A stretch of 38,365 nt of DNA from an uncultured Gammaproteobacteria bacterium (GCA_964644265.1 CAZXUX010000002.1:1-38365), one strand, 5' to 3'. Positions 13,789-22,826 are shown, counted from the stretch's first letter. A program made the numbers and translations. Notes: generated by a model from the letters alone, not told the origin.

Positions 13789-14112
13789 TCAATCGGTTGA
13801 TTCTAAAAAGATTCGTTGCTCAAAACCGCCGCGCTTGGCCTTGCGCTCTTCTTTGACGCGACCAATCTCTGCTTTGTCTAGCTGGTAGCTAGCAACAATG
13901 GCGTCAATGACCTCTAACACGTCGCCAATTTCTTTAATTAGCTCTTGATTGTCGTCGGCAGCTGCCAGAACTTCGTTGGCTTCTTCGACGATTTTCTTGG
14001 CTAATTCCTGGCGATACTCTGCCACGTCTAAAATCCTGGAACTATATGCAGTGCCTTCTTGAGCAATGATTTCTGGAATTTTATCGCGTACGAGCTTATT
14101 AAACGTTTTCAT
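13789..14112 (-). CDS. MazG-like / PRA-PH-like nucleoside triphosphate pyrophosphohydrolase
   Basis: MKTFNKLVRDKIPEII...EEANEV...EIGDVLEVIDAI pattern typical of small all-alpha NTP pyrophosphohydrolases. Confidence 0.7.
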   Translation of the reverse strand: MKTFNKLVRDKIPEIIAQEGTAYSSRILDVAEYRQELAKKIVEEANEVLAAADDNQELIKEIGDVLEVIDAIVASYQLDKAEIGRVKEERKAKRGGFEQRIFLESTD

Positions 14113-14121
14113 ATTGCTGCG

Positions 14122-14130
14122 ATTGTAACA
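14122..14130 (-). promoter_or_regulatory. Extended -10 (TGTTACAAT) 9 nt upstream of the ATG (leaderless-type)
   Basis: Minus strand reads tgttacaat-cgcagcaat-ATG. Confidence 0.5.
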
Positions 14131-14160
14131 GAAAGCCCGACCGTGTGGCCGGGCTGAGGG

Positions 14161-14760
14161 TCAGTAGATGATGTAGGCGGATTCGCGCGCCGCGAAAGCA
14201 CGATGATCGGTGGTGGTCATGCCGATTGGGCCCGTGAAGTCCATGAACGGCTCGGCGTTCATGAGCGCCGGACCGCAGATCAAGCGGCCTTGGCGGTCGT
14301 AGGGCAAACGGTCGCCAGGATTCAATGAGCGCTCCGGGTGTTCGCAGTCCAAGGGCACGTGATCGATGCCGAGCGCGTGACCGATCTCGTGCGCGGTAAC
14401 GATCGCCAGTTCGTCATGCGACACTTGTTCGCCGAGCACCGAGTAGAGGCACTGGGAGTAGACGATGACATCGCCGCTAACAGACATGGCCACGATCTCG
14501 CCGCTGTCTGTAAAGCACCCGAACCCGTCATTGACATAGACGTCAATGTCAGCCGAGTTGGGATTAGGCGACCGCCGACAGGCAGCGCCTTCCGGCGACC
14601 ACAGTCTACAGCCGTGCATGATGGCGCTAGGCACCAGTACGTCGTCGGCCTGGATGTAGATGCCGATCTCGGTCGTGACGTCCGGTTCGTGATCGTAAAG
14701 GCGGTAGTCGTAGGTCTGACACCCCGCCAACAACCAGGCCGCAAAACAAGGCGTTTTCAT
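14161..14760 (-). CDS. Matrixin-like (metzincin) zinc metalloprotease lipoprotein, GC-richer paralog
   Basis: Lipobox LLAGC. HEIGHALGIDH (HExxHxxGxxH) and a downstream ALM Met-turn candidate. GGAG 6 nt upstream of ATG 14758-14760. Confidence 0.75.
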   Translation of the reverse strand: MKTPCFAAWLLAGCQTYDYRLYDHEPDVTTEIGIYIQADDVLVPSAIMHGCRLWSPEGAACRRSPNPNSADIDVYVNDGFGCFTDSGEIVAMSVSGDVIVYSQCLYSVLGEQVSHDELAIVTAHEIGHALGIDHVPLDCEHPERSLNPGDRLPYDRQGRLICGPALMNAEPFMDFTGPIGMTTTDHRAFAARESAYIIY

Positions 14761-14854
14761 TGGCAACTCCGGGGTGAAAGATCGACACGGCAATGTAGCA
14801 CAGCTGTAAAAAAAAATAAAAGATGCCGGCAATAGCAGGCATCGGTGGCGAGAC

Positions 14855-15481
14855 TTAGTAAACAGCGTATTCCTTGTCTCGCACCATGTAGGCTTGATGA
14901 TCTGCCATGGTTTCCTGTGTTGCGTCAGGAAGGTATGGATTGGGTGCGGCGTTCATAATGGCCTGGCCGCAGATCATTTCGCCGTTTTCGGTGTACAGAA
15001 CCTCGTCGTCTTCGTTAATCGACCGTTGAGGATCGATGCAGTCCATCGGTACATGCTGTACACCTAGAACATGACCGAACTCGTGCGCCGCGTAGGTTTT
15101 CAGTTTTTCTGCGGATACCCGTTCACCAAACTGATAATGCAGGCAGGCGGAGTAAAAAGCGATCATGCCCCGCTCGCTCCCGGTCCAGGCCTTAGCGATG
15201 ATCGATTGCCCATTATCAGTTAAGGAACACCACTCGTCTGTGGTATCCATCCGTACCAACACTTGAGCCAGCTCTCGATCCGGCGTAAGTTTGCAGCTAA
15301 CGCCTTCAGACGACCACAGCTCGCAGCCGTCAATGATGACCGCGGGTAGAAGTTCTGGATGCGGCTCGATGTAAACGCTCAGATAACCAGTAGCTCTTTG
15401 GCGCGGCCAGAGCTTGTCGCCTTCACGATGCATGCAGCCCACGGCGAACACCGTGAGCAGCAACCACAGCCACTGCTTCAT
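14855..15481 (-). CDS. Matrixin-like (metzincin) zinc metalloprotease lipoprotein, paralog
   Basis: Lipobox FAVGC. HEFGHVLGVQH and AIM Met-turn candidate. Collinear with 14161..14760. Confidence 0.75.
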   Translation of the reverse strand: MKQWLWLLLTVFAVGCMHREGDKLWPRQRATGYLSVYIEPHPELLPAVIIDGCELWSSEGVSCKLTPDRELAQVLVRMDTTDEWCSLTDNGQSIIAKAWTGSERGMIAFYSACLHYQFGERVSAEKLKTYAAHEFGHVLGVQHVPMDCIDPQRSINEDDEVLYTENGEMICGQAIMNAAPNPYLPDATQETMADHQAYMVRDKEYAVY

Positions 15482-15558
15482 GGGGTCCCCCTTGTAGTAA
15501 CAATACTATGCTACACAAAAATAACTTAGTTCAAAAGGCTAGGTTAGGCTAGACCATG

Positions 15559-15564
15559 TAAAAT
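15559..15564 (+). promoter_or_regulatory. -10 box TAAAAT 8 nt upstream of the ATG (leaderless-type)
   Basis: taaaat-agataaat-ATG. Confidence 0.35.
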
Positions 15565-15572
15565 AGATAAAT

Positions 15573-16076
15573 ATGACAAAAAATATTGATGGCTTCTTTG
15601 CGGCTTCCGAGGAATTCATAAACTACTTTAACACTTGGATCGAGAGCTATTCCCCGGCCGCCACAGCCGACCATATTTGCTATAAATGTTCATCGAACGA
15701 AGAATTTGAAACTCTGCGGTCGATTTTTGAACATGAAAGTCAGTTTGTTTATCAATCGATCATTTCTAAACGACGTATTGCGGTAATTAAATTTTTGCAA
15801 CCGCTCAAAAGCTCGCTCGGCGATATTTGGTATTTAGAATTATCCGATCAAAAACCCGATGGTAGTCAAACATCTGGCTTTGATCATATTGAGGTTTATC
15901 CGATTGAAGGCTCAATGGATGCTCTAGCCGACGCCCTCGCCTCACAAGGCGTTGCTATGGAAAAAATCACTCGCCCGCACCACACGACTTACGATATTTT
16001 TATTGAGGGAGAGTTTAAAGTTAGGATTGAGCCAGAGAAACTTTTACTAAAAATACAGCGTGAGGAGATGACCTGA
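15573..16076 (+). CDS. YecM-like VOC-superfamily protein
   Basis: ADHICYKC and GFDHIEVY segments parallel the ADHISLRC / GWEHIEIV segments of E. coli YecM (from memory). Confidence 0.5.
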   Translation: MTKNIDGFFAASEEFINYFNTWIESYSPAATADHICYKCSSNEEFETLRSIFEHESQFVYQSIISKRRIAVIKFLQPLKSSLGDIWYLELSDQKPDGSQTSGFDHIEVYPIEGSMDALADALASQGVAMEKITRPHHTTYDIFIEGEFKVRIEPEKLLLKIQREEMT

Positions 16077-16100
16077 GGCTTTGCCTGCGATATGCAAACA

Positions 16101-16128
16101 AAAAGACGACCTTGCAGTCGTCTTTTCG
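16101..16128 (+). terminator. Rho-independent terminator
   Basis: aagacgac-cttgca-gtcgtctt followed by a short T tract. Confidence 0.6.
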
Positions 16129-16233
16129 TGGCGGTGCACCTGGGTTCAGTACCACGTTCGAGGGGTATTCTAAGGGTTTTTCACGCATCTATCCACGGAT
16201 GATTTCCAGGCACGTGGGTTGGCTGCGCTAAGT

Positions 16234-16491
16234 CTACCAATCACAGTGTGCATTATATTTCTCTTCTGTGGTTATAGGATTATTAATACCAACCCCATAG
16301 TCTTCTGGATCGTAACCAAGATCACGGAATATGGGATAGGTATATTGTCTCTCTGCATTTATTCCGGATCCAATGTCGCACTCGAGCTGTCGAACCTCGC
16401 GCTTCAAGAACACGACTTCTAGAAGCAAAACTACTGACACTAAACAGGAGATAACTGCAATCATGACAACTCTTTTATTTCCAACAATCAT
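16234..16491 (-). CDS. Hypothetical small single-TM protein
   Basis: ORF with N-terminal TM (VVMIAVISCLVSVVLLL). Low-GC islet. No family recognised. Confidence 0.4.
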   Translation of the reverse strand: MIVGNKRVVMIAVISCLVSVVLLLEVVFLKREVRQLECDIGSGINAERQYTYPIFRDLGYDPEDYGVGINNPITTEEKYNAHCDW

Positions 16492-16604
16492 ATCTTGGTC
16501 TCAATTATACAATTTTCTTAATCGTATGATAGGAGTAGCCACCGAACTGTATAGCCCTGCTCTCCAGCAGCATGCCGTCTTGCAACTTCGTAAGCCCGAT
16601 TCAC

Positions 16605-17243
16605 TTATCCCGAAGGTGGACTGTTATGTCCATAATATCGACGCACACTCGCATTGGCAGGCACTAATACGTCGGGGAGCCTAGCTGAAGTCATATTTTG
16701 AAAGACACTATAAAGACGTCTGTCGTCATACTCTCGCACGCAGATGATCGCAGAGAGCAGACCGTCCAAAAATTTATCATCTTGACGCATACGTTTTTTT
16801 GCATGCAAGCCACGATAACCGCTGTAAATAGTCCTATCATCCTGACCGATTACTGTTATCAATGGACCAAAAATTGCCCAAGCGATTACTTCATCATCTG
16901 TAAATGAAGCATCACAAACAAGGTATAAAACCCGCGGAAGATCTGTCTCCCTCGATCGCAGTTGCTTTTTCGCTTTGCTTATTTGTCTTCGTACTGTGTC
17001 ATGGGTTGTAATGCTTCTAACGCCAGTAAAACGCGGGGACTGATACTCAACCATTTTAACTTCAGCAAGAGCAATATGTTTTCCATCAAAATGAACCCAT
17101 GCGTCAGGGTGATTGCCGTTGCCCTGCGGATTAATAATCTCGAAGCAAAGTCCGAATTCTTTGGATAGGTTATTATAAAGCTCCTCGGCCGCGAAATTCC
17201 CCTTACGCTTGTGCCAGCTAAACTTATTTACCACTCGATACAT
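16605..17243 (-). CDS. Hypothetical protein with a PD-(D/E)xK-like nuclease motif
   Basis: HPDAWVHFDGKHIALAEVK gives PD ... E-V-K at canonical spacing. Start set to the second ATG (17241-17243), which has TATACT 13 nt upstream; 17276 is also possible. Confidence 0.5.
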   Translation of the reverse strand: MYRVVNKFSWHKRKGNFAAEELYNNLSKEFGLCFEIINPQGNGNHPDAWVHFDGKHIALAEVKMVEYQSPRFTGVRSITTHDTVRRQISKAKKQLRSRETDLPRVLYLVCDASFTDDEVIAWAIFGPLITVIGQDDRTIYSGYRGLHAKKRMRQDDKFLDGLLSAIICVREYDDRRLYSVFQNMTSARLPDVLVPANASVRRYYGHNSPPSG

Positions 17244-17276
17244 ATTTAAGTGAAGAAGTATATTCCAATCTAGCAT

Positions 17277-17302
17277 AAAAGCGACCCACGTGGGTCGCTT
17301 TT
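17277..17302 (-). terminator. Hairpin terminator directly 3' of tRNA-Ser
   Basis: aaaagcgaccca-cg-tgggtcgctttt, symmetric with a T run on both strands. Confidence 0.7.
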
Positions 17303-17305
17303 ATG

Positions 17306-17395
<90 letters not shown>

Positions 17396-17401
17396 TTGCC
17401 T

Positions 17402-17526
17402 AGAAAACGTATCCAAGTTCGACGATCTTCTTCGTTGCGGCTCCGATCCTCATTCACCGTACGTTGCAGTACGCCTCATTCGGTTCTCGCCGCTCCTCGA
17501 ACCTCGCCGAACTTAATACGTTTTCT
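17402..17526. repeat. ~125-nt long-hairpin element abutting the tRNA-Ser 5' end
   Basis: Arms agaaaacgtatccaagttcg / cgaacttaatacgttttct. Apex cctcat..cgtac-gttgca-gtacg-cctc is shared with the element at 24197-24323. Confidence 0.7.
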
Positions 17527-17612
17527 TGGTCACCAATCGCAAGCAGAGTATAGAAAAAATGAGGAAAAAGCAACTTTGTTGCTATCCACTTCTAGCAATC
17601 CATTCTAATCGC

Positions 17613-17618
17613 TATACT
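17613..17618 (+). promoter_or_regulatory. -10 box TATACT 9 nt upstream of the ATG (leaderless-type)
   Basis: tatact-ttattcact-ATG (17628). Confidence 0.4.
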
Positions 17619-17627
17619 TTATTCACT

Positions 17628-18044
17628 ATGTCATCAATCGAAATGAGTCCGGTGCCAGCAGACGCTCGGGAATGGAAAGCGCCAAAGAAAGAAGCGGAAA
17701 AACATTGGGAAAACCTTAATCACGATGTGTTGAATCCTTTTTCTTCGGTTAAGGGAATTGCTGAGTATTTAGACGAACTTAAAGAAGACCCTTCGGCGGC
17801 AGATGAAATGGCTGAAGTCGTAGATACACTTCAACCGCTACCAACGTTCGAAGCTTATGTACGAAGCTTGGGTCACGGAGATCCAGAACAAAAGATTAGA
17901 GAGACTGATCCTAACCAAGTAGCTGAGTATGATGCCTTGGTAGCGGAGTTCAATGAAGACTTGCCGCGCATGAAGGCAGAAACAGATACCGCAGCGATGG
18001 TTGATTTCGTTGATCGTGCTACTAAACTAGTTCGTTCGGAATAA
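17628..18044 (+). CDS. Hypothetical acidic protein
   Basis: Start trimmed to ATG 17628 because upstream track-ORF codons run through the hairpin element. No family recognised. Confidence 0.5.
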   Translation: MSSIEMSPVPADAREWKAPKKEAEKHWENLNHDVLNPFSSVKGIAEYLDELKEDPSAADEMAEVVDTLQPLPTFEAYVRSLGHGDPEQKIRETDPNQVAEYDALVAEFNEDLPRMKAETDTAAMVDFVDRATKLVRSE

Positions 18045-18053
18045 CTGAAAACT

Positions 18054-18082
18054 AAAAATACCGCCTCGTGGGCGGTATTTTT
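18054..18082. terminator. Bidirectional terminator between convergent genes
   Basis: aaaaataccgcc-tcgtg-ggcggtattttt. Confidence 0.8.
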
Positions 18083-18090
18083 GTTGACCT

Positions 18091-19167
18091 TTATTTCTTC
18101 ATCCTCTCTTTCAACTCATCGACGAAAGGGATGGCCATGGTGTTAGCCTTGTTAAGCATGGCCATATACCAAGCTACGTAGCTGGCAAACTGGAAAATCT
18201 CCCCCACTTCTTCAAGCTTAGTCTTGCCAGCGCTTACATACTCAACAACCGATGTGCCTTGGCGCTCGCACAATTCGGCTGTTAGTTTAACGCGCAACTG
18301 AGTGCGCTCGTTATAAAGTCCTGACGACAGCATGACTACCTTGGTTTTTGGTCCGAAAAACTTTGGGTTAGTAAAACCCTCCAACAAGTGATGATTCATT
18401 TCTGGCAAGGCGAAATATGTGGCAAAATGTTTGGCTGTTTCGTTAAGGGCGTTGGCCATTACGTGAGCTACACCGGTCAAATGTTCGGCGGCAAAAATCA
18501 AAACAATATTGCCTACCAACTCTTCGGCCACGGTCTTGGCTGGATTTTCTTTGGTTGGTACATCAACCGCAGAGGAATCGATAACTTCATGCATGGCCTG
18601 CATCATGGCCTGAAGTTCTTTTTCGGTAACTTTTAGTAAACCCGTTCGTTCCAATAAGCCAATTACACCACCAAATGACAGACCTATACCAAAACGCGGT
18701 TGCTTGGCTAGCTCGCCTGGTACAAATTCGTAAATCGGCCATTTTTCTTTCTTAGCTAATGCAGCGAGAGTGCCGCCAGCACAAATAACAAATACTTTTG
18801 CTCGGCGTTTTTTTGCTTCTGCAGCGGCAGTTAGCACTTCTTCTGTATTGCCAGAAAAACTAGAGAGGATAACTAACGATTTGGAGTCGACCCAGCCCGG
18901 TAAGGCGTAGTCGCGCAAAGCAAAAAACGGTATTTTCAATCGATCTGGTAAGGCTGCTTCTAGTAGATGAGCCCCTAGCCCAGAGCCACCCATACCAGCC
19001 AACAAGATATTCTGCACTTTGCCTGCTAGACGCGGGATCTCGAGCTCGCGGGTGTCGCGCCAGGCCATGCGAATTTGCTCGGGTAGGTTTTCAATGCCAA
19101 AACCGACGTCGCTGGCATCGTATTTGCTGTAAACTTTTTGGTCGTCAAGCGTCATAGCGTTGGCCAA
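18091..19167 (-). CDS. Bifunctional phosphoglucose/phosphomannose isomerase (SIS domain)
   Basis: Length, GMGGSG SIS motif and overall pattern match the PGI/PMI family. Confidence 0.75.
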   Translation of the reverse strand: MANAMTLDDQKVYSKYDASDVGFGIENLPEQIRMAWRDTRELEIPRLAGKVQNILLAGMGGSGLGAHLLEAALPDRLKIPFFALRDYALPGWVDSKSLVILSSFSGNTEEVLTAAAEAKKRRAKVFVICAGGTLAALAKKEKWPIYEFVPGELAKQPRFGIGLSFGGVIGLLERTGLLKVTEKELQAMMQAMHEVIDSSAVDVPTKENPAKTVAEELVGNIVLIFAAEHLTGVAHVMANALNETAKHFATYFALPEMNHHLLEGFTNPKFFGPKTKVVMLSSGLYNERTQLRVKLTAELCERQGTSVVEYVSAGKTKLEEVGEIFQFASYVAWYMAMLNKANTMAIPFVDELKERMKK

Positions 19168-20344
19168 TTGCTGCCACTAGGGTACCACGTTTGGTTAAAT
19201 CGCCAAGTAAAACTGCGCCGACCAGCTTGCCGTTGCGAATGAAATGCTCCTCACTAGACTTTGGCGACAAACTCACCAGCTTAACTTCGTCGGCTGCCTG
19301 ACGACTGACATCACCAATGAAGACGATGTGTAAACCAAGAAGATTAGTAGAATATTGAGAAACTAAGCGAAACGGTACCCGCTCCCCCTTGTCCGACGAA
19401 GCTTTAGCGAAGGTGGACGCCATGTTTTGGCCGGCAATACGACCTTGCGTCTGAGCATGCTGCCAGTTGCCATAGCGCAAGCGACGTCCGACCGCCGTAT
19501 CTTCGATAGCTGTGGCATCGCCGGCGGCCCAAACGTTTTCTAGATTGGTCTGCAAAAATTCATTCACCGCAATGCCGTCGGCTAGCTCCAACCCCGCGTC
19601 AAGCAGTAACTGATCGTCGCTCGTAGAGCCAATGCCCACACCAAGCAGGGCAGCCTTGAACTCTTCTCCATTGGCCCGAACAGCACTTAGGGCATTGTCT
19701 CCGAGTAACTCTAGTTGCTCGACACCGGTTACCAAGCGAACTCCTAGACTAGCGGCATGCTGACGCAGTATCAGCTGACTGTCTGGACTTAGAGACTTAG
19801 ACCAAAAACCGCGACTTTTCATTAATAACGTAAAGGCTATTCCGTAATGCTGGAAAATATTTGCGTACTCGCAGGCTATAAAGCCACCACCGTAAACCGC
19901 GGCCTGACGCTCGGCCTTGGGTCGCGTAGCCAGCTCGCCCAAAAGCTTTAGCAAGTGATCGGCATCGTCGATCGAATGCAAATACGACACCCCACGCTGG
20001 TCGTCGTTAATCAATGCTGGTTCGCCGCCGGTGGCAATAAGCAGCTGGTCAAAAGGATGTTCGCGGCCATCGGTAGTGGCTACGAATTTGTTTTTGGCGT
20101 CGATAGATAAAACCTGTAGACCCGTGACTAATTCAATGCGCTCCTTGGCGTACCACTCTGGCGAGCGCAAAAAAACGCGTTCACGAGTAACTTTGCCTTT
20201 CACGTAATGAGGCAACAGCACTCGCGAATAAAGCGCGTGCTGTTCTTGTTCCAAAATAGTAATCGTGGCCTCGGGCAGGCGCTTGCGAATTTCTTCTGCG
20301 GCCGATGTTCCGGCAATGCCACCACCGACTATGACGATGTTCAT
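19145..20344 (-). CDS. FAD-dependent pyridine nucleotide-disulfide oxidoreductase (ferredoxin-reductase-like)
   Basis: IVIVGGGIAGTSAA dinucleotide-binding motif, second GGGFIACE motif, AAGD motif. Adjacent to a ferredoxin gene. Confidence 0.8.
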   Translation of the reverse strand: MNIVIVGGGIAGTSAAEEIRKRLPEATITILEQEQHALYSRVLLPHYVKGKVTRERVFLRSPEWYAKERIELVTGLQVLSIDAKNKFVATTDGREHPFDQLLIATGGEPALINDDQRGVSYLHSIDDADHLLKLLGELATRPKAERQAAVYGGGFIACEYANIFQHYGIAFTLLMKSRGFWSKSLSPDSQLILRQHAASLGVRLVTGVEQLELLGDNALSAVRANGEEFKAALLGVGIGSTSDDQLLLDAGLELADGIAVNEFLQTNLENVWAAGDATAIEDTAVGRRLRYGNWQHAQTQGRIAGQNMASTFAKASSDKGERVPFRLVSQYSTNLLGLHIVFIGDVSRQAADEVKLVSLSPKSSEEHFIRNGKLVGAVLLGDLTKRGTLVAAIGQRYDA

Positions 20345-20347
20345 AAC

Positions 20348-20611
20348 CTACAAAGGATACAACTGCGTTCCCTGCTCATCGTAAACCATGATAGCTAGGG
20401 TCGGGCACGACTTAGCGCCTTCGATGATTTGCTCTTTTTCTTGTTCGGTGACTTCGACAATTCGTTCGTAGGCGGGGCCGTCCGGTGCCTGGCCGTGATC
20501 AAGAACTTCAGCTTTATTTTCAACGTTTAACGTAAAAACATCGGGCGCGATGGTAACACAACTGGCAGCGCCAATGCAGAGGTCGGGATCGATGACAATG
20601 CGGAGTTTCAT
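20348..20611 (-). CDS. Small ferredoxin (single-cluster type)
   Basis: IDPDLCIGAASCVTIAPDVF ... AKSCPTLAI pattern. Confidence 0.8.
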   Translation of the reverse strand: MKLRIVIDPDLCIGAASCVTIAPDVFTLNVENKAEVLDHGQAPDGPAYERIVEVTEQEKEQIIEGAKSCPTLAIMVYDEQGTQLYPL

Positions 20612-20628
20612 ATGATATTAGGGGGCTA

Positions 20629-20656
20629 TTGGCTTTTGGCTGTTGGCCAGCTTAGC
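20629..20656. repeat. Three phased TTGGC heptamers plus a TTAGC unit upstream of the ferredoxin operon start
   Basis: TTGGC at 20629, 20636 and 20643. TTAGC at 20652. Confidence 0.6.
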
Positions 20657-20676
20657 TGAGTTTACAGGGCGCTGGA

Positions 20677-21855
20677 TTATTTAGCTAAGGCACTGGCCAG
20701 CTTGGCGACAATTTTAGCGGCGCGGCGAGCTTCGCGCACGCTCATGGTATGCAAAAACGAAAATCGTAAAGTAGAACGAACCTCAGCTTCCGACAAACCG
20801 ATAGCTCGCAGCACGTGACTCGGGTGATCGGACGTGCGGCAGGCAGAGGCGGCCGAGGCGGCGATACCTTTCGCATCAAGGCGGAGCAATAACTCTTCGC
20901 CATCGATTTCGCTGAAAGTAATACTAACGATCGACGGCGCGGTCGAGGCGCCCTCGCCATTAACGCGATAAACGATACCTGCGTGATGGAGCTTTTTTAA
21001 AAATACTGTCTTGAGACGCGCCAGGTGATGCTCGTAGCGAGTGCGGTTGCGCTTGGCCAGAGCTGCGGCTGCGCCAAAGCCAATGATACCCGGCACGTTT
21101 TCTGTGCCGGCGCGCAGTCCGCTTTCTTGATTGCCGCCAGACAACAATGGCTGTAAACGCGTTCCTTTTTTTACGTAAAGAGCACCGATGCCCTTGGGGC
21201 CATACATTTTACTGGCGGTAAAACTGAGTAAGTCGACATGAAGTTTCTCGACATCGACAGCCAAGAGCCCCGCTGCCTGCGATGCATCAGTATGCAACAG
21301 CGGATAGAGAGCACGGTTATCTTTGCGCAAACGCGCAATCGCTTTGCCGATCTCGGCCATGGGCGCTATGACACCTAGCTCGTTGTTGACCAGCATGAGA
21401 GTAACCAAAATCGTGTCAGGACGAATGGCGGCTAGCAACTGCGTAGGATTAACCGAGCCATCTTTACCCACCGGCACAAAAGTTACCGTAAAACCTTCGC
21501 GCTTAAGCGTTTCTATGGTAGCCGCGTGTTCAGTAGCAACGGTCACCACATGATTGCCGTGGTTGCGTAGAGCGCGGGCTGAGCCCAGCAGGGCCAGGTT
21601 AACCGATTCGGTAGCACCGCTTGTAAACACGATTTCCTCGGGGCGAGCAGCAATCAAATCAGCTACCTGACGACGAGCTGCGTCGACAGCCTTACGAACC
21701 ATGACTCCCCCACGATGAATGCTGGAAGGATTAAAAAAACTTTCAACAAAGTATGGCTGCATGGCGCGCAGCACTTTTAAGTCGAGCGGCGTAGCCGCTG
21801 CGGCGTCTAGATAATATCGACTAGGCTTCTTCGCAGCCACCAAAGGTAAACGCAT
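20677..21855 (-). CDS. Cysteine desulfurase (class V aminotransferase, NifS/IscS-like)
   Basis: YLDAAATTPL-type N-terminus, HTDASQA, and PLP-lysine segment SFTASKMYGPKGIGALYV. Confidence 0.85.
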   Translation of the reverse strand: MRLPLVAAKKPSRYYLDAAAATPLDLKVLRAMQPYFVESFFNPSSIHRGGVMVRKAVDAARRQVADLIAARPEEIVFTSGATESVNLALLGSARALRNHGNHVVTVATEHAATIETLKREGFTVTFVPVGKDGSVNPTQLLAAIRPDTILVTLMLVNNELGVIAPMAEIGKAIARLRKDNRALYPLLHTDASQAAGLLAVDVEKLHVDLLSFTASKMYGPKGIGALYVKKGTRLQPLLSGGNQESGLRAGTENVPGIIGFGAAAALAKRNRTRYEHHLARLKTVFLKKLHHAGIVYRVNGEGASTAPSIVSITFSEIDGEELLLRLDAKGIAASAASACRTSDHPSHVLRAIGLSEAEVRSTLRFSFLHTMSVREARRAAKIVAKLASALAK

Positions 21856-22822
21856 AAAGGCGGAGATTACCGGAGGCCGTGCGAAGCTTCAAGGTGCCAC
21901 GATGATACAGGCTAGCATTTACTAGCTTGTATAAACGTGGCTCTTTGATGGTCACGGTGGCTCGTCCGTCTTTCTCTATTCGCACATCTGAGCCGGCAAA
22001 ATCCTTGGGCACGGGGCGACCATCTAACTCAAGTTCTAAAGTTGCCGATCTGCCGTCTGAAGTCGACATTACCAGATTCACCGAGAAAGCACTGTACTTT
22101 AGTACTAAATATTCGTTTGGCAGGGCCAACTTGCGGCTGTGCTCAAGATACTCTCCACCGACCTTCCAATGACCGTGGAGGTACGGAATATCGTCTTCGT
22201 GCTTGGTGGGGTCTTCAAAAGACTCTTCGCTGTCCGGTAAAAATTCCTTGCGATTGCCAAGCACGCCGCGTAAAAACCCTAAATATATTTCGGGAGTGGT
22301 TCTATAACACACCTGGCCGCCAAGTGAACTGTCTGGCCCAATGGCTGGCAGATCTTTGGCACCAAGCTCTTTTAAGGCCTTCTGAATGTGCATTTCGGTT
22401 TCGGCGTAGCCACCCTCGCCGGCGTGATCGTAAACAATGTAACCGTTTTTATCTATTAGGTAATGGTGCGGCCAGTGTTGATTGCCATAAAGTTCCCACA
22501 CCTTAAAGTCTGGGTCGAGCACCACCGGATAGGTCAAACCAAACTCTTTAATGGCTGCCGCAACGTGCGCCGAATCTTTTTCAAAGGCAAACTCCGGACT
22601 GTGCACACCAACAATCTCTAGTCCCTTGCCTGCATAAGCCTTGTGCCAGCGCTTAAGGTGCTCGAAGGTGCGCTGACAGTTAATGCATGAATAGGTCCAA
22701 AAATCTATCAGTACAACTTTTTTTCCACGCCAAGATTTTAGGCTTTGTGGCGAGGCATTCAACCACTCTAGGCCCTTAGGAAACTCAGCGGCTCGAAGAT
22801 TTCGCAAGCGACGAAAAAACAT
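21821..22822 (-). CDS. Thioredoxin-fold redoxin-domain protein (DipZ-C-terminal-like)
   Basis: VVLIDFWTYSCINCQRT CxxC motif. Start trimmed to ATG 22820-22822, 4 nt after the upstream stop. Confidence 0.7.
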   Translation of the reverse strand: MFFRRLRNLRAAEFPKGLEWLNASPQSLKSWRGKKVVLIDFWTYSCINCQRTFEHLKRWHKAYAGKGLEIVGVHSPEFAFEKDSAHVAAAIKEFGLTYPVVLDPDFKVWELYGNQHWPHHYLIDKNGYIVYDHAGEGGYAETEMHIQKALKELGAKDLPAIGPDSSLGGQVCYRTTPEIYLGFLRGVLGNRKEFLPDSEESFEDPTKHEDDIPYLHGHWKVGGEYLEHSRKLALPNEYLVLKYSAFSVNLVMSTSDGRSATLELELDGRPVPKDFAGSDVRIEKDGRATVTIKEPRLYKLVNASLYHRGTLKLRTASGNLRLYAFTFGGCEEA

Positions 22823-22826
22823 ACGT

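Noticed and set aside
17396-17608. Track ORFs 17396..17608, 24000..24194 and 24076..24312 overlapping the tRNAs and hairpin elements, plus the N-terminal 34 codons of 17526..18044
   Set aside because: They run through tRNA genes or through the palindromic elements and have no translation signals. A TATACT-N9-ATG at 17628 gives a better start for the real gene.
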